From: Amphiscolops sp. MND2022
Lineage: Eukaryota
NCBI GenBank assembly: GCA_964187785.1
Contig: OZ076409.1
Coordinates: 21,640,001-21,704,000 of the forward strand
DNA length: 64,000 bases
Direction: 5' to 3'
Shown: in pieces, positions 13,880 through 26,958 of the stretch
How the letters are laid out: the number at the start of each line of letters is the position of its first letter
How positions within the stretch are numbered: the stretch's first letter is position 1
Made by a program: the position numbers and the translations under genes
Notes under the pieces: model-generated
Databases searched by the model: none
What the model saw: only the letters and a program-made list of their open reading frames with translations
Told to the model about the DNA's origin: nothing

Positions 13880-14420
13880 TATTCTCAAGGTTTCATCTTT
13901 CGGATGAAGTTTCACATAACTGACTTCCTTTTACGTACAGATCCCATATTTCTTCAAATTTGATTGTGCTCAATTCGGTTAAGTCAGCCGGATATACATC
14001 ATGGCCTTTCAACCAATTATAGGCTTTATATTAACATTCTGCGGCTAATGCCATCAAGACCAAAACTTTTTTGTTCTTTACACTTTCAAAAAGTTTTGAA
14101 TCTAATGTTTCATCAATAGAGGATAAAATGATTGTTCGGAATTGTCACGAAAACCAATGCTTCGTCGTGTAGCGGGACTTTTGGTGACAAGACAGCCAAG
14201 GGTTGCAAAATCTTCGCGAAATCTGGAGTTCAGGCTCTTTTTGATTTTTGATAGATGCTTTTTCTGAAGGAGCCTTTTTTGAAGTGGATGAGTTTTCGTA
14301 CGAATTACCAGTTTCTGCTATCGTTCCGAGCACTGGACAACACGAATGCGTTCTTCAGGTTCGTTTCACTCGAAGACTGAACACTATATTCAGGGTTGAA
14401 TAAAGCCCAAAAACTTCTTT
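13880..14420 (-). pseudogene. Old fragment of a related LINE ORF2 C-terminus
   Basis: Minus strand reads YKAYNWLKGHDVYPADLTELS, which resembles MKAYNWLTELNLIPPNLLNLS at the end of ORF2 (~11050-11110). Upstream resemblance is weak. Confidence 0.45.
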
Positions 14421-14779
14421 TCTGATCCAACTTTCGAATTCCTTCTTGAAAATTGTTCACTTTCTGCATTCTGACTTTCTATTGGTTTTAATATTGATTA
14501 TTGTTTTCAGTCCATATTTCTTATGGAAAAGGAAAACATTCAAATCAAAAATTTTTTCAACAAAATTTGCCAAGCAGCAAATTTGTATCCAGGCTAAAGG
14601 TTTCAAGCATAGAATTCAACTGACGTAAAATTAGTATCATGCAGCATGTAGTTGTAGAGATTCTTGGATATTTTCGAGTGACCCCAAAGGCGCCAAAATG
14701 AACCGAAAAATGACCCCAAAAATAGTAAAAACTAACACTTTTCGATTTTTAACGTTTTCATACAATTTTTGCCAAGTTT

Positions 14780-16900
14780 TCGATAGATTTGGTGGTTTAG
14801 AATGTTGAAAACATTCAAAAAGAAAAGTTTCGTTATCCAAGAGGCCTTTTCAGAGGAAATAAAAGCAATTTTTTAATGAAAACTGCCACAATTTTAGACC
14901 GAAATTGAGAAAAAATCCAAAAAAAATCTGATTGTTGAAGTTGCCATGCACATTTTGACCCTTTTTTGAAAGACTTGATGGCTTAAAATGTTGAAGACGT
15001 TCAACAAAGAAAGCATTCGTTATCTGGGAGGCTTATGTTAAAAAGTAAACGCCGTTTTGTAAAAAATTGATCTGGCAGCCAAAAATGACGAAAACTCCAA
15101 AAGTAACCAATTTTTCACGTTTTCAAGCAACTTTTGTTATATTTTTAAATTTTTGAGATTGCATAAATCAGAACAATGAAAACGCTCAACAACGAATGAA
15201 TTTGTTGTCCAATATGGTTGTTTGGGGAGATAAATGCAGTTTTATAAGAAAAGAACTGCGACCACGACAGCAAACAGCAAAATATTCAAATAGTCTCACT
15301 TTTTAAAAACAATTTTTGATTCTCCAACACATTTTTTATAAACCTTTTAACGTTCTCGTAGACTAGAACTCTGAAACTGTTCAACAACAACTGAATGCGT
15401 CGTTCAGCAGGTGTTTTGAAGTGATAAATGCAGGCTGCGATAAAAATATGCTTCACTTTGACACAAAAGTTGCCGAGAAGTCCAAAATTTCCAGTTTATT
15501 CAGTAGTGATACGAAAGGTTCAAAAGAATCGAAGTGAACGAATCAGGTATGTAATAACTTTTTCAGTGAAAAAATTACAGTGTTGACAAGAAATACTGCT
15601 AAACGACACCAGGAGTCTGAAATTTTTTTTAAAAAATGGAAGCTTAAACTTTTTTGAGCGAAGTTATTTTTTCGAAAGGTCTCCTCTCGGTTAGAATTGT
15701 AAAATGGTTGAAGAACAGAGGCAAGTGATATCCAGTTGGCTTTGCTAGAAGGTATTTACTGATTTTTGTCTGGAAAAAGTCTCAATTTGAACCGAGAAAA
15801 GTATTTAAAAAATTGAAAACTTCTTTGTTTTGACAATTTTAGTGATTGTTTGTGAAGGTGTTCGTGATCTAGATGTTTCTAGAGCTCCAGACAATTTCTT
15901 AAGCCATGCAGTATGCCTTTTGAAAGAAAACTTGCAGTTTTCTATATAGAACATTATCTCAAATGACCCATTTAAGTCAGAAGTCCAAAATTTCTCCTTA
16001 ATTAGAAAGAAAATTTCCAACAGCAAACAAACGCAAATTAGAGTAGAATGTTAGAAAGTCAATTGCAGTTTCATGTTCGAAAAGAGCTTCAAAATGACAC
16101 CAAAATCCTCAAAATGTTGATAGTTCCTTAAATGTTTGACGATGTTGTCCCATTTTTTTCTGAAATTTTGAAACACTTCGTGCATTAGAACTTTGCAACA
16201 TTGAAATAACATTTGAATATATTGTTCAGTAAAGTTTTTGAAATGCAATAAAGGCAAGTTATAGTAGGAAAGATGTCTCGATTTCAACCCAATATATCAT
16301 ATCAAAAATCCTTCCACTTATTGCATTCCCTGCAGTTTGTGTACAATTTGTGATGAATTTTGTGGCGAAAAAAGCTCAAAACACTCAAACATGAACAAAC
16401 TGGTTATGAAGAATGCTATATTGAAGAGAGAGTGAAAAAAAATCTAAATTCAACGTTTCTTGTTCAAAGGTATATTTTTTGAGACGTTTCCATAGTTTGA
16501 AGATTGAAAACGTTCAACAGCGAACAAATGCGTTATCGAGTAGGCTTTTCGAAGGTCAATTGCAGTTTCACTTAGAAAAGAGCCTCAAAATGACCGCAAA
16601 CTAGTCGAAAAAGAAGAAGTTTTGGCAGAACTTTCAAAAAGAGTTACCAAAATGTGAAATGTTCGAAAACTCCTAATTTCTGATTGGCATGCAGAATGTT
16701 TACAGAAAGTTAGAGTTTCAAATGTGAAACATTCGTCAGAATGACTCAAAATTGGTGAAAAATTTTCTTTGTTTTCGAAAAGTTCATATACTTTTTTGTA
16801 AACCTTTCGAGCAATTTTGCAATTCAAGAACGACTGGTCCCGGTATCTATCAGGCGGTTTTAAAAACACATTTGCAGTTGCTCGGAAAAAATCCTCAAAT
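14780..16900 (+). repeat. Highly degenerate ~190-bp tandem array
   Basis: A motif like TAGAATGTTGAAAACGTTCAA...CGTTATC...GGC.TTT...TGCAGTT recurs near 14797, 14984, 15170, 15364, 15692 and 16500. Confidence 0.55.
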
Positions 16901-17109
16901 AACCGCAAAGTTGTCGAAAAAGAAAATTGGCTAGGTATTGGAATCCACACACAAAACAAATAGATGTTCAGTGTGTTCTGGTAGTGTTTCCTTTTGAAAT
17001 GGGATGACATTATTCAAAAAGTGTCAAAACTTCTTATCATCAAACTTCTATGCGCTTTCATAGTGCAATGATTTTTCTTCAGTCTCAAAAATATGTCATT
17101 GCTAGAGCA

Positions 17110-17152
17110 TTTTGGACGGAAAATATCCCGCTGGTCAGCGGGCGTCTCGTAA
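17110..17152 (+). repeat. 3' terminus of a family-3 Helentron-like element
   Basis: CGGAAAATAT, a perfect hairpin CCCGCTG-GT-CAGCGGG, then CGTCT. This is the same terminus as 4729-4757 and the reverse complement of 29601-29635. Confidence 0.5.
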
Positions 17153-18621
17153 TAATTTTATTCGGCTTAAATTGACTAAAACATTTTATTCCAAATAAAA
17201 GCCAGCACTAGCATCAGCGCATAGAAATTTTGAAAATATAATATAAATTATTGGAGAAGATTTCAAACTCGTTCTTTTACATGTTCTAATATCTGTTTTG
17301 AAAATGGCAAATATAATTCTTGTTTTAGTATGGAGTTGATTCATTTCTTAGAAACTTGTGGTCGAGTGGCTGCATCTTCCTGTCGTTCCGGAGATACAAA
17401 CTACTACAAATTTTGCTCTTCTGTGCCATTGGATCGCTTTGGATGGTTCACCGGATCTCTGAGTCGGTTAGTTGCTGCTTTGTTTCTACTTTGATATCAA
17501 ACAAAAAGCGTCCAAAATGCCCTTTTGATGCTATCGCTGTTATATTCTAAGGCTAAGGCTAAGAAAAGACAAGGTTTCTAAAATGTTTCTCTCTCTAGCT
17601 ACTGTAACCATGCAAAACTATAGCATAAAGAAGTGTATAATAAGTGAGTTCTTTCGAGTTCTTTTTATCAACAACTCGTTGATATGTTAGACCGAAGCTC
17701 GGTAGAGGTCAGAACGGATGAACCGTACAACAATCGGCTACTTGCTTCTACTGAGTTCTCATTGGCTGAGTTCTCAACAGGCTTGATTATTGGGTCCAGC
17801 TCAGCCTCGCCATTGACACAAGCACTGCAACCGACAAAAGTTAGTCAGGAGAAAGATCCGCTAACCTACCGGTACACAGAAGCAATAGAAGTCGTTGGGA
17901 TTTCGCCGTTCTTTTAGTCATGACCGAATTGACGAAGTTTAAACTTCACTATGATTCATGAGTAGTGAGTAAAGGGGGGGGGGGTAGGTAGATTTTGAAT
18001 CCTTTGCAACTTTTGCTAACATGAAAATTTGGTAGCTAGAATTATCAGCTGAGAGTGACAGTTATATGACACCTGAGTACACAATGGACTAACCAAGTTT
18101 AACGTTGACAGCTGGTTGACATTTGGCACACACAAAGTTTCTACATGAGATCTTTTATTATTATAACCTTGAACCGAAATCAAAACGAAGGTGAATCTGA
18201 AACTTACCATATAAACTGGCAGAAGCGATACCCAGTAATATAAAAGAACAGCTGTAAAGTTACCCAATTTGCCGACATTGAAAACATTTTGGCAAATTGA
18301 CTGTTGTTGAAAGATCCCAGCACAGAAATTGGAAACGTGAAAAAAAACCGGATAACAACACCCAAAACACTCTGTCACGCTGTGCTAGGTACAGCTTCGG
18401 TTTTGGACGGAAAACTCCATTTTAAAGATTACATAACCGAGATAAGATATCCGAAACATTTTCCTTCCAAATCGAACGCCATTTCGTTCCTTCATGTCAA
18501 GTATCTCTTGTTCCTGTACTGTCAAACGTTGTTTGCGACCATTTCTAAAAAGAAGTCAGCCAAAAGAAGTCGCTCCGAGCTTCTTTCCAACGTCCATTTT
18601 GCCTAACTTTCTATTTCGGCA

Positions 18622-19975
18622 ATGAATAGTGGAACCAGCAATGGCACAACAGGCACTTTGTTTACTCAATTGCCAGACCAGTAACGCACAGTGCTCTGGA
18701 CTTTTTCGAGCAATGACTGTATTGATCAATTATGAAGGTTCATTTGATCAGGAAATGTTTCCCCACAAGGGCTGTCGCGGGTCCCAACTGGATTTTGTTG
18801 TTTCAACTGAAAACATAAAATTGTATAGACTTGAACAGGCTTTGTCTGGCTTTGGAGGTGTGCATTTACGGACCAGATCCTAGATGGCAAAGACAAAATT
18901 AAACATGCAGACGTGGACGTCACATTTGCAAATAATATTTTACACTCTCTTTTTTCACATGTGGAGCTCTTTCTCGACGGAAATTTGGTTTCCAGCAGCA
19001 ACAATAATAATCATCATTTGGCCTACATCAAAACTGAACTTAAAACAGACATTGCCAGCAAAATGACTTGGGCTCAAGGTCAAGGCTAGCACTACAGAGC
19101 GAATGGAAAGTCTAATGAAGAACTGAAGAAGAAGCTGGACAATTTCCGAAAAGGGCGAAGAATTCAAAATTAATTGAGCTTTATGGCGCGCCGCAAATAC
19201 ATTTTTTGGATTGTGAGCGATTACTTTTGCCTGGGATTTCACTCCTTCTGCGATTCGGTTCTACAGATCGCCGAGCAATTGCGCTCTCGAAAGCGTAGGA
19301 ACTTGGACTGCGGATGACATCAAACGAATCGATCAGGCGCCTTTTTCTGTAGTTATTAAAAAGGCATCCTTTTTTGTATAGAAAATTGTGTTGTCTGATT
19401 CAGTTAGAGTCAGCATAGAAAAAGCTCTGTTGACAAGTGACGCTGTTTATCCTTACATCGAAAGCCATAACAAGAGCTTTATAATCCAAGCTGGACAAAA
19501 TTGTTTTGTAAAGGAAAAAAATTTTGGAACTGAACCCTTCCCGCAGATTGAGGTTGTGCATGGTGAAGAACATATTAAATGCACGCCGTTTCGGTACAAA
19601 ATTCAACCTGAGTAAAGTCGAAATTCAGCGCCGCAATAAATTTCCCATTGCTGGGACACGCATAAGGACTACAATGTGCACACGTCTTTTTTACAACACC
19701 ATTAGTGCTCTAGGTTTTGAGACTGGCGGGAATGGAACAGGAAAGGCAGACTTTGAACATCACCACTTTTCCTAGTTTTCTATTGAACCTCGTCGAGAGA
19801 AGCGAGCAAGACGCTCACTCTTTTTCCGGAACTCACTGGAGGTGGCTTCACTCTAAAGTTGGATTTTGCAGAAGCCTTAACGGATCCTGTGGAATTTTTT
19901 CTTGTTGGTAAACGATTCAGTCAAGTGTTTATTGACCCTGGGCGTAGTATACGAAAAAATTGCCGAAGCAAATGA
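18622..19975 (+). pseudogene. Polinton/Maverick (adintovirus-like) major capsid protein, frameshifted
   Basis: Motifs across frames: YEGSFDQEMFP...GSQLDFVV...IDLN; NNILHSLFSHVELFLDGNLVSSSNN..HLAYIKTEL; SKLIELYGAP..FLDCERLLLPG; IEKALLTSDAVYPYIE..SFIIQAGQ. These are characteristic of Polinton double jelly-roll MCPs. Confidence 0.85.
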
Positions 19976-20390
19976 TGGATAATTTTACGCTTACAAACTT
20001 GGCTAAAAGAGTCTGTGCATCTTCTCGATTTATGTTTGCTAGTGTTTGGTCGCCAAACAATTTCTCATTAGCGTCACTGGAGATGAAGAATGAGACCGTT
20101 AATACAACCAGAAAAGATTTTCAGATGTTTTTTGCACTCTTACTTCATTATTAACACATCTCCAGTAGGAGCTGTCGGACAGCATTGGTTGCTGTTATTG
20201 ATATTGAGACCGCAAGTGTTCAAGAGGCCATTGAAAACATTTTTTACGTATGGGACCCATTGGGAAAACCTATCCAGAATTACACTTCATTTTTTGAACA
20301 TTTGATGACACTTTTCAAAAAGATTGGCACCGGAGACATTTTTGAAATCAAGTTTCCTGTGCAAACATCGCATTCAAACAATTGCAGTCA
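19972..20390 (+). pseudogene. Adenain-like cysteine protease of Polinton, frameshifted and 3'-truncated
   Basis: MDNFTL..FASVWSPNNF; IINTSPVGAVGQHWLLL (His); YVWDPLG (Asp); VQTSHSNNC (Gln, Cys). Confidence 0.8.
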
Positions 20391-20408
20391 GATCCCCGAT
20401 GTAAAATT

Positions 20409-22407
20409 CTACTCACTCGTTAGTCGACTAGACGATTTCAAGGAAGAATGTCCATAAGCGAGGGAGCATACTTTGTCATCTTAAATGTACCGCTTATCAT
20501 CGTAGCAGCTCAATGCAACTTTTTTGACAGAGTTGACAATTATTTGATGACTGGCTGATTTGAGTTGAATCATCTTTCTACGTACTGTTGATTAAGAACG
20601 CAGACAATCCTTGAATAATGTATGATGTAGCGTTTGTTTGACAGATTTCTGAACGCCTTTAGCACTCTGTTTGGTTCCTCCCATGTAATCGATGCTATAC
20701 ACATCAGACCTCAAACAGACAACTTCTTTCAAAACTTTTCCGTTGAGTTCATCTGTCATTCTTAATGGTACCTTTTTATTGGATTTGTCGTGGAGAAAAT
20801 GATCAGCAGGATAATCCGAGAGGTCCAGTATATGTTTGAATGTGGCCATATCTTCATACAAATCTTCAGTTTTGATTCGATAGCAGGGAGTCTGTGACTT
20901 TGTACACTACTTTCAACCGGTTTGCTCCATACCGTGGAAGCATCTCCTCATAGTGAAACTTGTACAAGGAAAGTGTTGACAAGTGCCAGATTCTCGCGCC
21001 AACGGGTGTCGGTTTGTTCCATACCACTGAAGAAGGTTTCAAAGAAACAGAAACAAGAGCTTTGCTGGAGATTTTGAAACTTTTAAAGGTTGCCTGTCCG
21101 TTGAATGAACGTTTCACCTTGAGTCACTGTTGAAACGAACTTCAGAGTGGTACGTCTCCAGAGATTTTCCATTGTTTTCCCAAAACAAGCATTCGACATT
21201 AGCTTGTGAAAAATTTTTTCGAATTCATTTGCGACACTTTTACGCAATACAGTGTTTTTAGCTATGTACGTTCCCAACCATTTTGACTGTTGAAAATTGA
21301 CCGCCCGATGTAGAGTCGTGACTTCAAGACCATGTTTGACATAGAAGTTTAGGGTTTGATAATGGCAAAGGTAGTTTTCGGTCCAGCAGAGTCTCTACAA
21401 GCTTTTCATTCGCCGAGCTCATATTCAAACCAAATGACTTGGCATAGTCCGATATCCAATCTTTAGGTATTTTCATTTTTTCCGGTGCCAATGGAAGATC
21501 ATTATGAGAGTCGTGTATTCCGGGATGGTACACGAGGTCAACCTCGACGAAGTAACCAACGGGAGAGTCATAGGGCGTAGACAGAATTTCATCCAAAGTA
21601 ATTTCAGGACACCATTGATACCCTCCGAGCGGCATTTCCATTTGCATCGTTCCTGCGTACAGAGATGTTGCATCAAAAAACGCCCCAAAAGTAACGTCTT
21701 TTTCAGGATTGAAGTTATCCAGATACTTGTTGTTAGCTTCAAAATACCTCAGTGCACCTGACCATTGATGCCTCCTCGGATTGCCCTCTCAAAAAATAAC
21801 AGCTGATCAAAGTCCTGCATTAGTTCTATTTTAACGGCAGTTGTGATTAGCATGGCATCTCAACTCAGGTTCGGAGCCGAATTAAAATGAGCTGGATCTA
21901 ACCCGTAGACTTGCATGCATACTTCCCTGAATTTTTGAAAAATATCGTCCAGGATGAACACATCACTTTTCAGATAGATATCGCGATAGTCGCCTAAATT
22001 TTGGCAATGAAAGCATTGTACATCTCCAAAGCACAACCATAATCTTGCTCGGTAATCAAAACGTTGAGTCAAGGTGATGAAGCTGTCAGGGCCATAAGGT
22101 GGAAGTGGCTATGCAAACTTTTCGAGGGAGTCAAGAAAATTGTAAGGAAAGAATACTTTTGGTAATTTTTCAAAAAAAAGATATCTTCGGTGATGTTTGG
22201 GAAACATGCCTTCAACAACTTGAAGTCTTGCTTGTCCAAGGTTTTAGCTAAAAAATCCAAGCTCTGAGACATAAACTGGAAGCTGTCGAGAAACCGTAAA
22301 GAATGATTTTGAATGACATCGTGACCCTTTTTGCTTTTGAATTTTTCCATGGGCATATCCAAAGAGAACGAAATATAAGGCTCATCGTTTTTCGCTACAG
22401 CTAACAA
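20409..22407 (-). pseudogene. Protein-primed family B DNA polymerase (pPolB) of Polinton/adintovirus, frameshifted, 5'-truncated
   Basis: LRFLDSFQFMSQSLD; YLKSDVFILDDIFQKFREVC..YGLDPAHF.SAPNLS; DLPLAPE; KLMSNACFGKTMENL; YKVTDSL; DLSDYPADH..NKKVP..DELNG; ALSCYDDKRYI..LAYGH; stop at 20409-20411. Confidence 0.93.
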
Positions 22408-22409
22408 AT

Positions 22410-22912
22410 TTCACCAGTCTCGATTACCAAACATTTAATAGTATGTAGCAAAACATTATTTTTGAAAAAACTTTCATACATTCTGTTGCAAAATATCAAA
22501 TATCAAGTATCAAAGAAATTGAAGGGGACCCTTTGGAGGAAATTTTTTTTTAAAAAAAAGTCTCACAATGCCGAAAAACTGAAAGGGGGGACCCTTTGGG
22601 ATTTTTCAACATCTATTCTGTCGCAAAAGATCAAAAAAATGCACGAGGACCCTTTGGGGAAAAAATTTCCGAAAAAAATGTCTTGCAGTGCCTAAAAAAA
22701 TCGAAAGGGGGGACCCTTTGGTGTTGCCCGGTATGGTATGTTACGCGGAAAAACAGGGAAAATCTTTTTGGTCCAGTTCGGCAGGCCAATTGGTTCAATT
22801 TGACACCATAGTATTTGGTAGAACTCTTAGGAACTATTTTGGTCAGTTCGTGTGGATAGAAAAAAGATAGTCACTATAATAGTCGCGTTTCACTTCATGA
22901 AGCGCCGACTAA
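22410..22912 (-). mobile_element. Helentron-like non-autonomous element, family 1 (partial); abuts the truncated 5' end of pPolB
   Basis: Internal GGGGACCCTTTGG/TGCCGAAAA repeats and the terminal hairpin TAGTCGCG...GCGCCGACTAA, both shared with the other family-1 copies. Confidence 0.65.
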
Positions 22913-23925
22913 ACAATTGAAGCACTAGTCATTCAGCAGAAGCAGCTATTATTCTAACAAGGACTTGAACTGCAGGCAACTCTGTATAGACCCATTACCA
23001 GGGATTTAAAGTGTTGTATTTAAAAGTTTTTTCAAAAAAATAAATATATTTCGTTGCTGGCTTCTATGTCTGGCTTTTACCAAATACGTTTCGGGCTTCT
23101 GAGACAAACTCCCTGCCAAATTCCTCGCAGTTAGTAGCAGCAGCCACACAGGCCCACAAAAGGTATGATCAAACCAAAGTCTTTGGCTATTCAAAACCAA
23201 AAAATAATTCAAACATTGAATCTGAACACTCCGTGAATCTTTAACTTAATCAATTTCTCTGGTCATTCTGTAGTTCATCTCATCAATGATCGTTCCTTTT
23301 AAGCAAAGATTCCGTCAGTTTTGAATAGATCCTGTACGTTCTATTTCTCCGGTGAGTACAATTCCATAAATTGAGATTCTCTAACGATTTGTTTTTAAAT
23401 TTCAAGCAATCTCTATTCTTTTTTTCGATTAGTTCAATTTGACTAGTGATAAAAATTAAATTTCGGGTTACAATAAGAAGAATCTGAACTTTTTAATTAC
23501 ATTATATGGCGATGAAAATAACAAAAAAACGCGGAGATCAACGAGCTTGTTTCTAGCAGTGAATTAGATTTTACGAAAAACCGCGCTTATCGCTTGTTGC
23601 GCTTATGACTGCCCGCTAACGATTAAAAGGCTCTTTTTGGGAGAGAACTTGGCTCACCGAATTTAGGTTTTCAAAAGCTGCAATTTCTTTACAACATTTC
23701 GAACTTTTTCAAGAAACTACCACGACAAGGTACAAATCTTTCAACTTTACTGGTGTCGGGTGAAACGCCCAGTTAAAAAAACTTGCCACTGTAACAGTTG
23801 GGTACTTTTTCTTACCCAAATAGCAAAAATTTCCGACCAATCTAATAACTGCAAATTTCAGTGGGCGCTTATTCAAATATTACGTCATTTTCGCTTCTTT
23901 TGCGCTTACGCCTAAAAGCGACCTA

Positions 23926-24682
23926 CAGTACCGTTCTATAATATCGCAACCTCATTGCTTAAAATGACAAAATTCAAAACCAAATATCTCGTAAACTGAC
24001 ACGAATACAAAAATTTGCTAGCTACAAAAGGCTTTAGAATTTTATCTCGTTTAGAAAAATGTTTGAAATTTCTACGACCCATATTGAAAAAGTTTGAAAA
24101 TGCAAATTTTAGAAAATTTTAATTGAAATTTGAGTTTTTTTTCGAAAATCGAGTAGCTTAGAAATAAAATTTTTGGATTTTTTTTCCATTCGGAGACTCC
24201 CTATAATCTCTCAAACCTACTGAATTGTTTTGATCGAGAATTTGTTTTGAATCAGAAAAAAATGCACTGTATTTTCTGTCTATAAGTACTGAAGTACATG
24301 TATTAAGATAGGCTATTAGAATTGCATTTAGAAAATTGATGATTTTCATTTGAAATGGAAAAAGTTTTTCAATCCAATCATATCAGCATCCTCAGGATAT
24401 TTGGAGGCAAATGATTGGCTGAAAATTTTTCAAAATTATTTTTTCAACTTTGTGAAAATCAAGAAAAAGTGGAAATTTGATGAAATTTTGTCAAAATTTC
24501 CAATTTCTAACTTTTGTAATTTTTGTCGCAGAAATTCCAAACAAACATTTTTGTAAACTAGATAAAATTCTAAAAAAAACTTTTGTAGCTGACAATTTTT
24601 TGAATTTGTCAGTTTTAGAAAAATTTGGATTTGAAAATCGCAATTTTAAGCGATGGAGTTGCGATATTTTAGAACGCTACTG
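23926..24682. mobile_element. Tc1/mariner-like MITE with ~140-bp imperfect TIRs
   Basis: Left end TA|CAGTACCGTTCTATAATATCGCAAC; right end reverse complement CAGTAGCGTTCTAAAATATCGCAAC. The right flank is TG rather than TA. Confidence 0.7.
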
Positions 24683-24778
24683 TGCAATCATTAGTTTGCT
24701 AAAAATTTTAAACGGTAGTAAACGCGCAAACCAAGGAATAACAACAAAATATATCGACTACACCCTACGTACAAGATG

Positions 24779-26958
24779 AAAGATCCAATGGAAGAACATG
24801 TTTGCTCTCCGAATATTGGTCCTCGAGAACCAACTATGACGATCGTACGTCGAATTTATGACTAATGAAGGACTTGTGCAAAATATAAAACAAAGAATTT
24901 TTCATGCAAATGAAAACCCCTGTCATATAATTTTTTCTTCATTTCAGAAAACGAACTACAAAACGGTTTCAAAACATCCTCTCTCTTTGACAACTGATCA
25001 GCAGAGGAATTTCTTAGCAACAATTTATTCACAACATTGCTGTCTGAGTTCGGGAGACAAGGATTTAGAACAACATTTGAGGCTTGACTTTGAGCAGCTA
25101 GCTCCGAAGTGGATATGGATTAAAAGGAAAGCTACTGCTTCCCCGGTCGCAAGTTTGAGATGCGACTGGAAAGATGAGAATCAAGCAAATGCTGGAAACG
25201 GATTTGTTTGTGAAAAGGTCACACAAAGGCTTGTCGTTGTTTTGGTATCTTATCACAGCAGATTGGAACATTTGCAGCTGTTTCTCAAGACAATTGGGCA
25301 AATATTAAAACAGGATGCCAATGTTTTTCTGGTGATTTCATCGTTGAAACAAGATTCGGAAGCAGTCAAAAATGCTGTTTCTGTGAACACTTCAATAAAC
25401 AACGTAGAGTCAAGAGTTTTCACAGTAAGTATGATGAAAATTTTTTAATGTCAATCGTTGGGGTTGGGCTCCAATTTGGTAAATATAAATAAAGGAGGGT
25501 TGCTCAAAAAGAAAGATTGAGTTTCTTTCATAGGGCTATCATCTGTTCCCACGAAAATTCATGAACAACGCCTGTTGGTTAGATGTTCCGAATCATTAGA
25601 ACGGTTAACAATTGTTTTACCTTTGCAGATCTTTTCTTTGTTAGATTAAAAACATTGAGAATTCCTCTCGTTTTTCCCAACTCTTCCCAAACTGTCAAGT
25701 TTTTAATAAGCTGCTAATGGTTCTGTACTGACAGACGTATTGCAGGCAGACGTCACTCTTCAAAAAACTTCAATTAACGTCCCATTTCACATAACACCGT
25801 CCAGCATTACCATGTCTCAGTTCCTAGGGTACTACGGAATAGTATTCCCATACTTCATTCTTAAAAAGGCTTTCCGTCTTCAAATAGAAGTTCAATGTCC
25901 GAGATTTAAATAAGGAAATTTTAAAACATGTTTAGAAGCAATACCCAAAACTGACTCATTTTTGAGACCTCATTTTTTAAGACCTGCATTTTTTGAGGCG
26001 ATTAACTACTACAGACGGAACGCTAGTAAACTAAGTGCAACTAATTGGGTGCTAGGGCGTAAGAAATCAGACTAATTAATGGAAACAATCAAATTAGAAT
26101 TCATTTCAATTGTCTCAAAATTGTCGATAAATTAAGTGAAGATGCTTCAACTTCGTCCAACGGTAGATTTCGTTTCGTTCTTAGACTCCCCAGCCGTTGA
26201 CATCTTGGAATTATTGCCACGATTCTAAGATTTTCCCGTTAATCTTGGCAATTTAAGCAATAGACCCCTATAAGTTCGAGTTAGTGACAAACTGCCTAGT
26301 AGCAAGTCTTCTGTAACGGTTGACATTTCATCTGTTTCATTTGCTTCTAATTGCATGCAAAACAATACGATCAAATCTAACGAATTCAAGTCTTTAGATT
26401 TATCAACCGAGTGCTTCAATGTCGCGTGGCAAACTCCTGAACAGAGCTTTCAATCACGCTATTTCACTTTTCGGACACGAGTTCACCGCTTTTTTCACAG
26501 ACGTCGATTGTGTCCACAAATTAATGTCAATAAATCGCTGTCGAAGTTTGGTTCTTGAGAACCAAAGTGTTTACTACCCTATAGTTTGGAGTCAAACCCG
26601 TCCTACAATTGGGGAGAAATCTGAGAAGTACGCAGGGGAAAATGCAGAAAACTATCCCATGGGAGGAGGTCTATGGCGAAATACGGCCTATGGAATTTTA
26701 TGCTTGGCTGCCAATGATTTCTCACTCCTTGGGCCCTTCGCAGAATACGATACGTGGGGATTTGAAGATCGCCAGCTCTTTGAGATAATCAAAAATTCGG
26801 ACCTCAAAATATTTCGAATGAACGATGAAGGAATAATCCATAGATGGCATCCGAAGAATTGTTCTGAAAGTATCCGAAGGCAAAGCTTTATGCCCAAGTT
26901 ATTTGGGCTGAAAACTGCGTGTGAAACAGTCCGCGATCGGCATGAACCAGCAAACTAG
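24779..26958 (+). CDS. Chondroitin N-acetylgalactosaminyltransferase / chondroitin synthase-like glycosyltransferase (CHGN-type); exons ~24779-24844, 24948-25424, 26398-26958; 5' end unresolved
   Basis: GT-AG introns in phase 0 give VFT|IYQPSASMSRG. Motifs: SRG..L, FFTDVD, RCR, VYYPIVWSQ, GLWRNTAYGILC, WGFED, IFRMNDEGIIHRWHPKNC. Confidence 0.82.

Noticed and set aside
17961..17985. AGTAGT...G-run as the Polinton terminal inverted repeat
   Set aside because: It resembles Polinton AGT-type termini, but no partner terminus or TSD is visible and the motif is too short to support.
17300..18400. Additional Polinton genes upstream of the capsid
   Set aside because: I could not recognise integrase, ATPase or penton motifs in any frame.
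22462..22870. Overlapping small ORFs in HINE copies (also 27989-28350, 34140-34500, 54187-54573, 62157-62943)
   Set aside because: They are chance ORFs in low-complexity non-autonomous repeats and are not conserved between copies.
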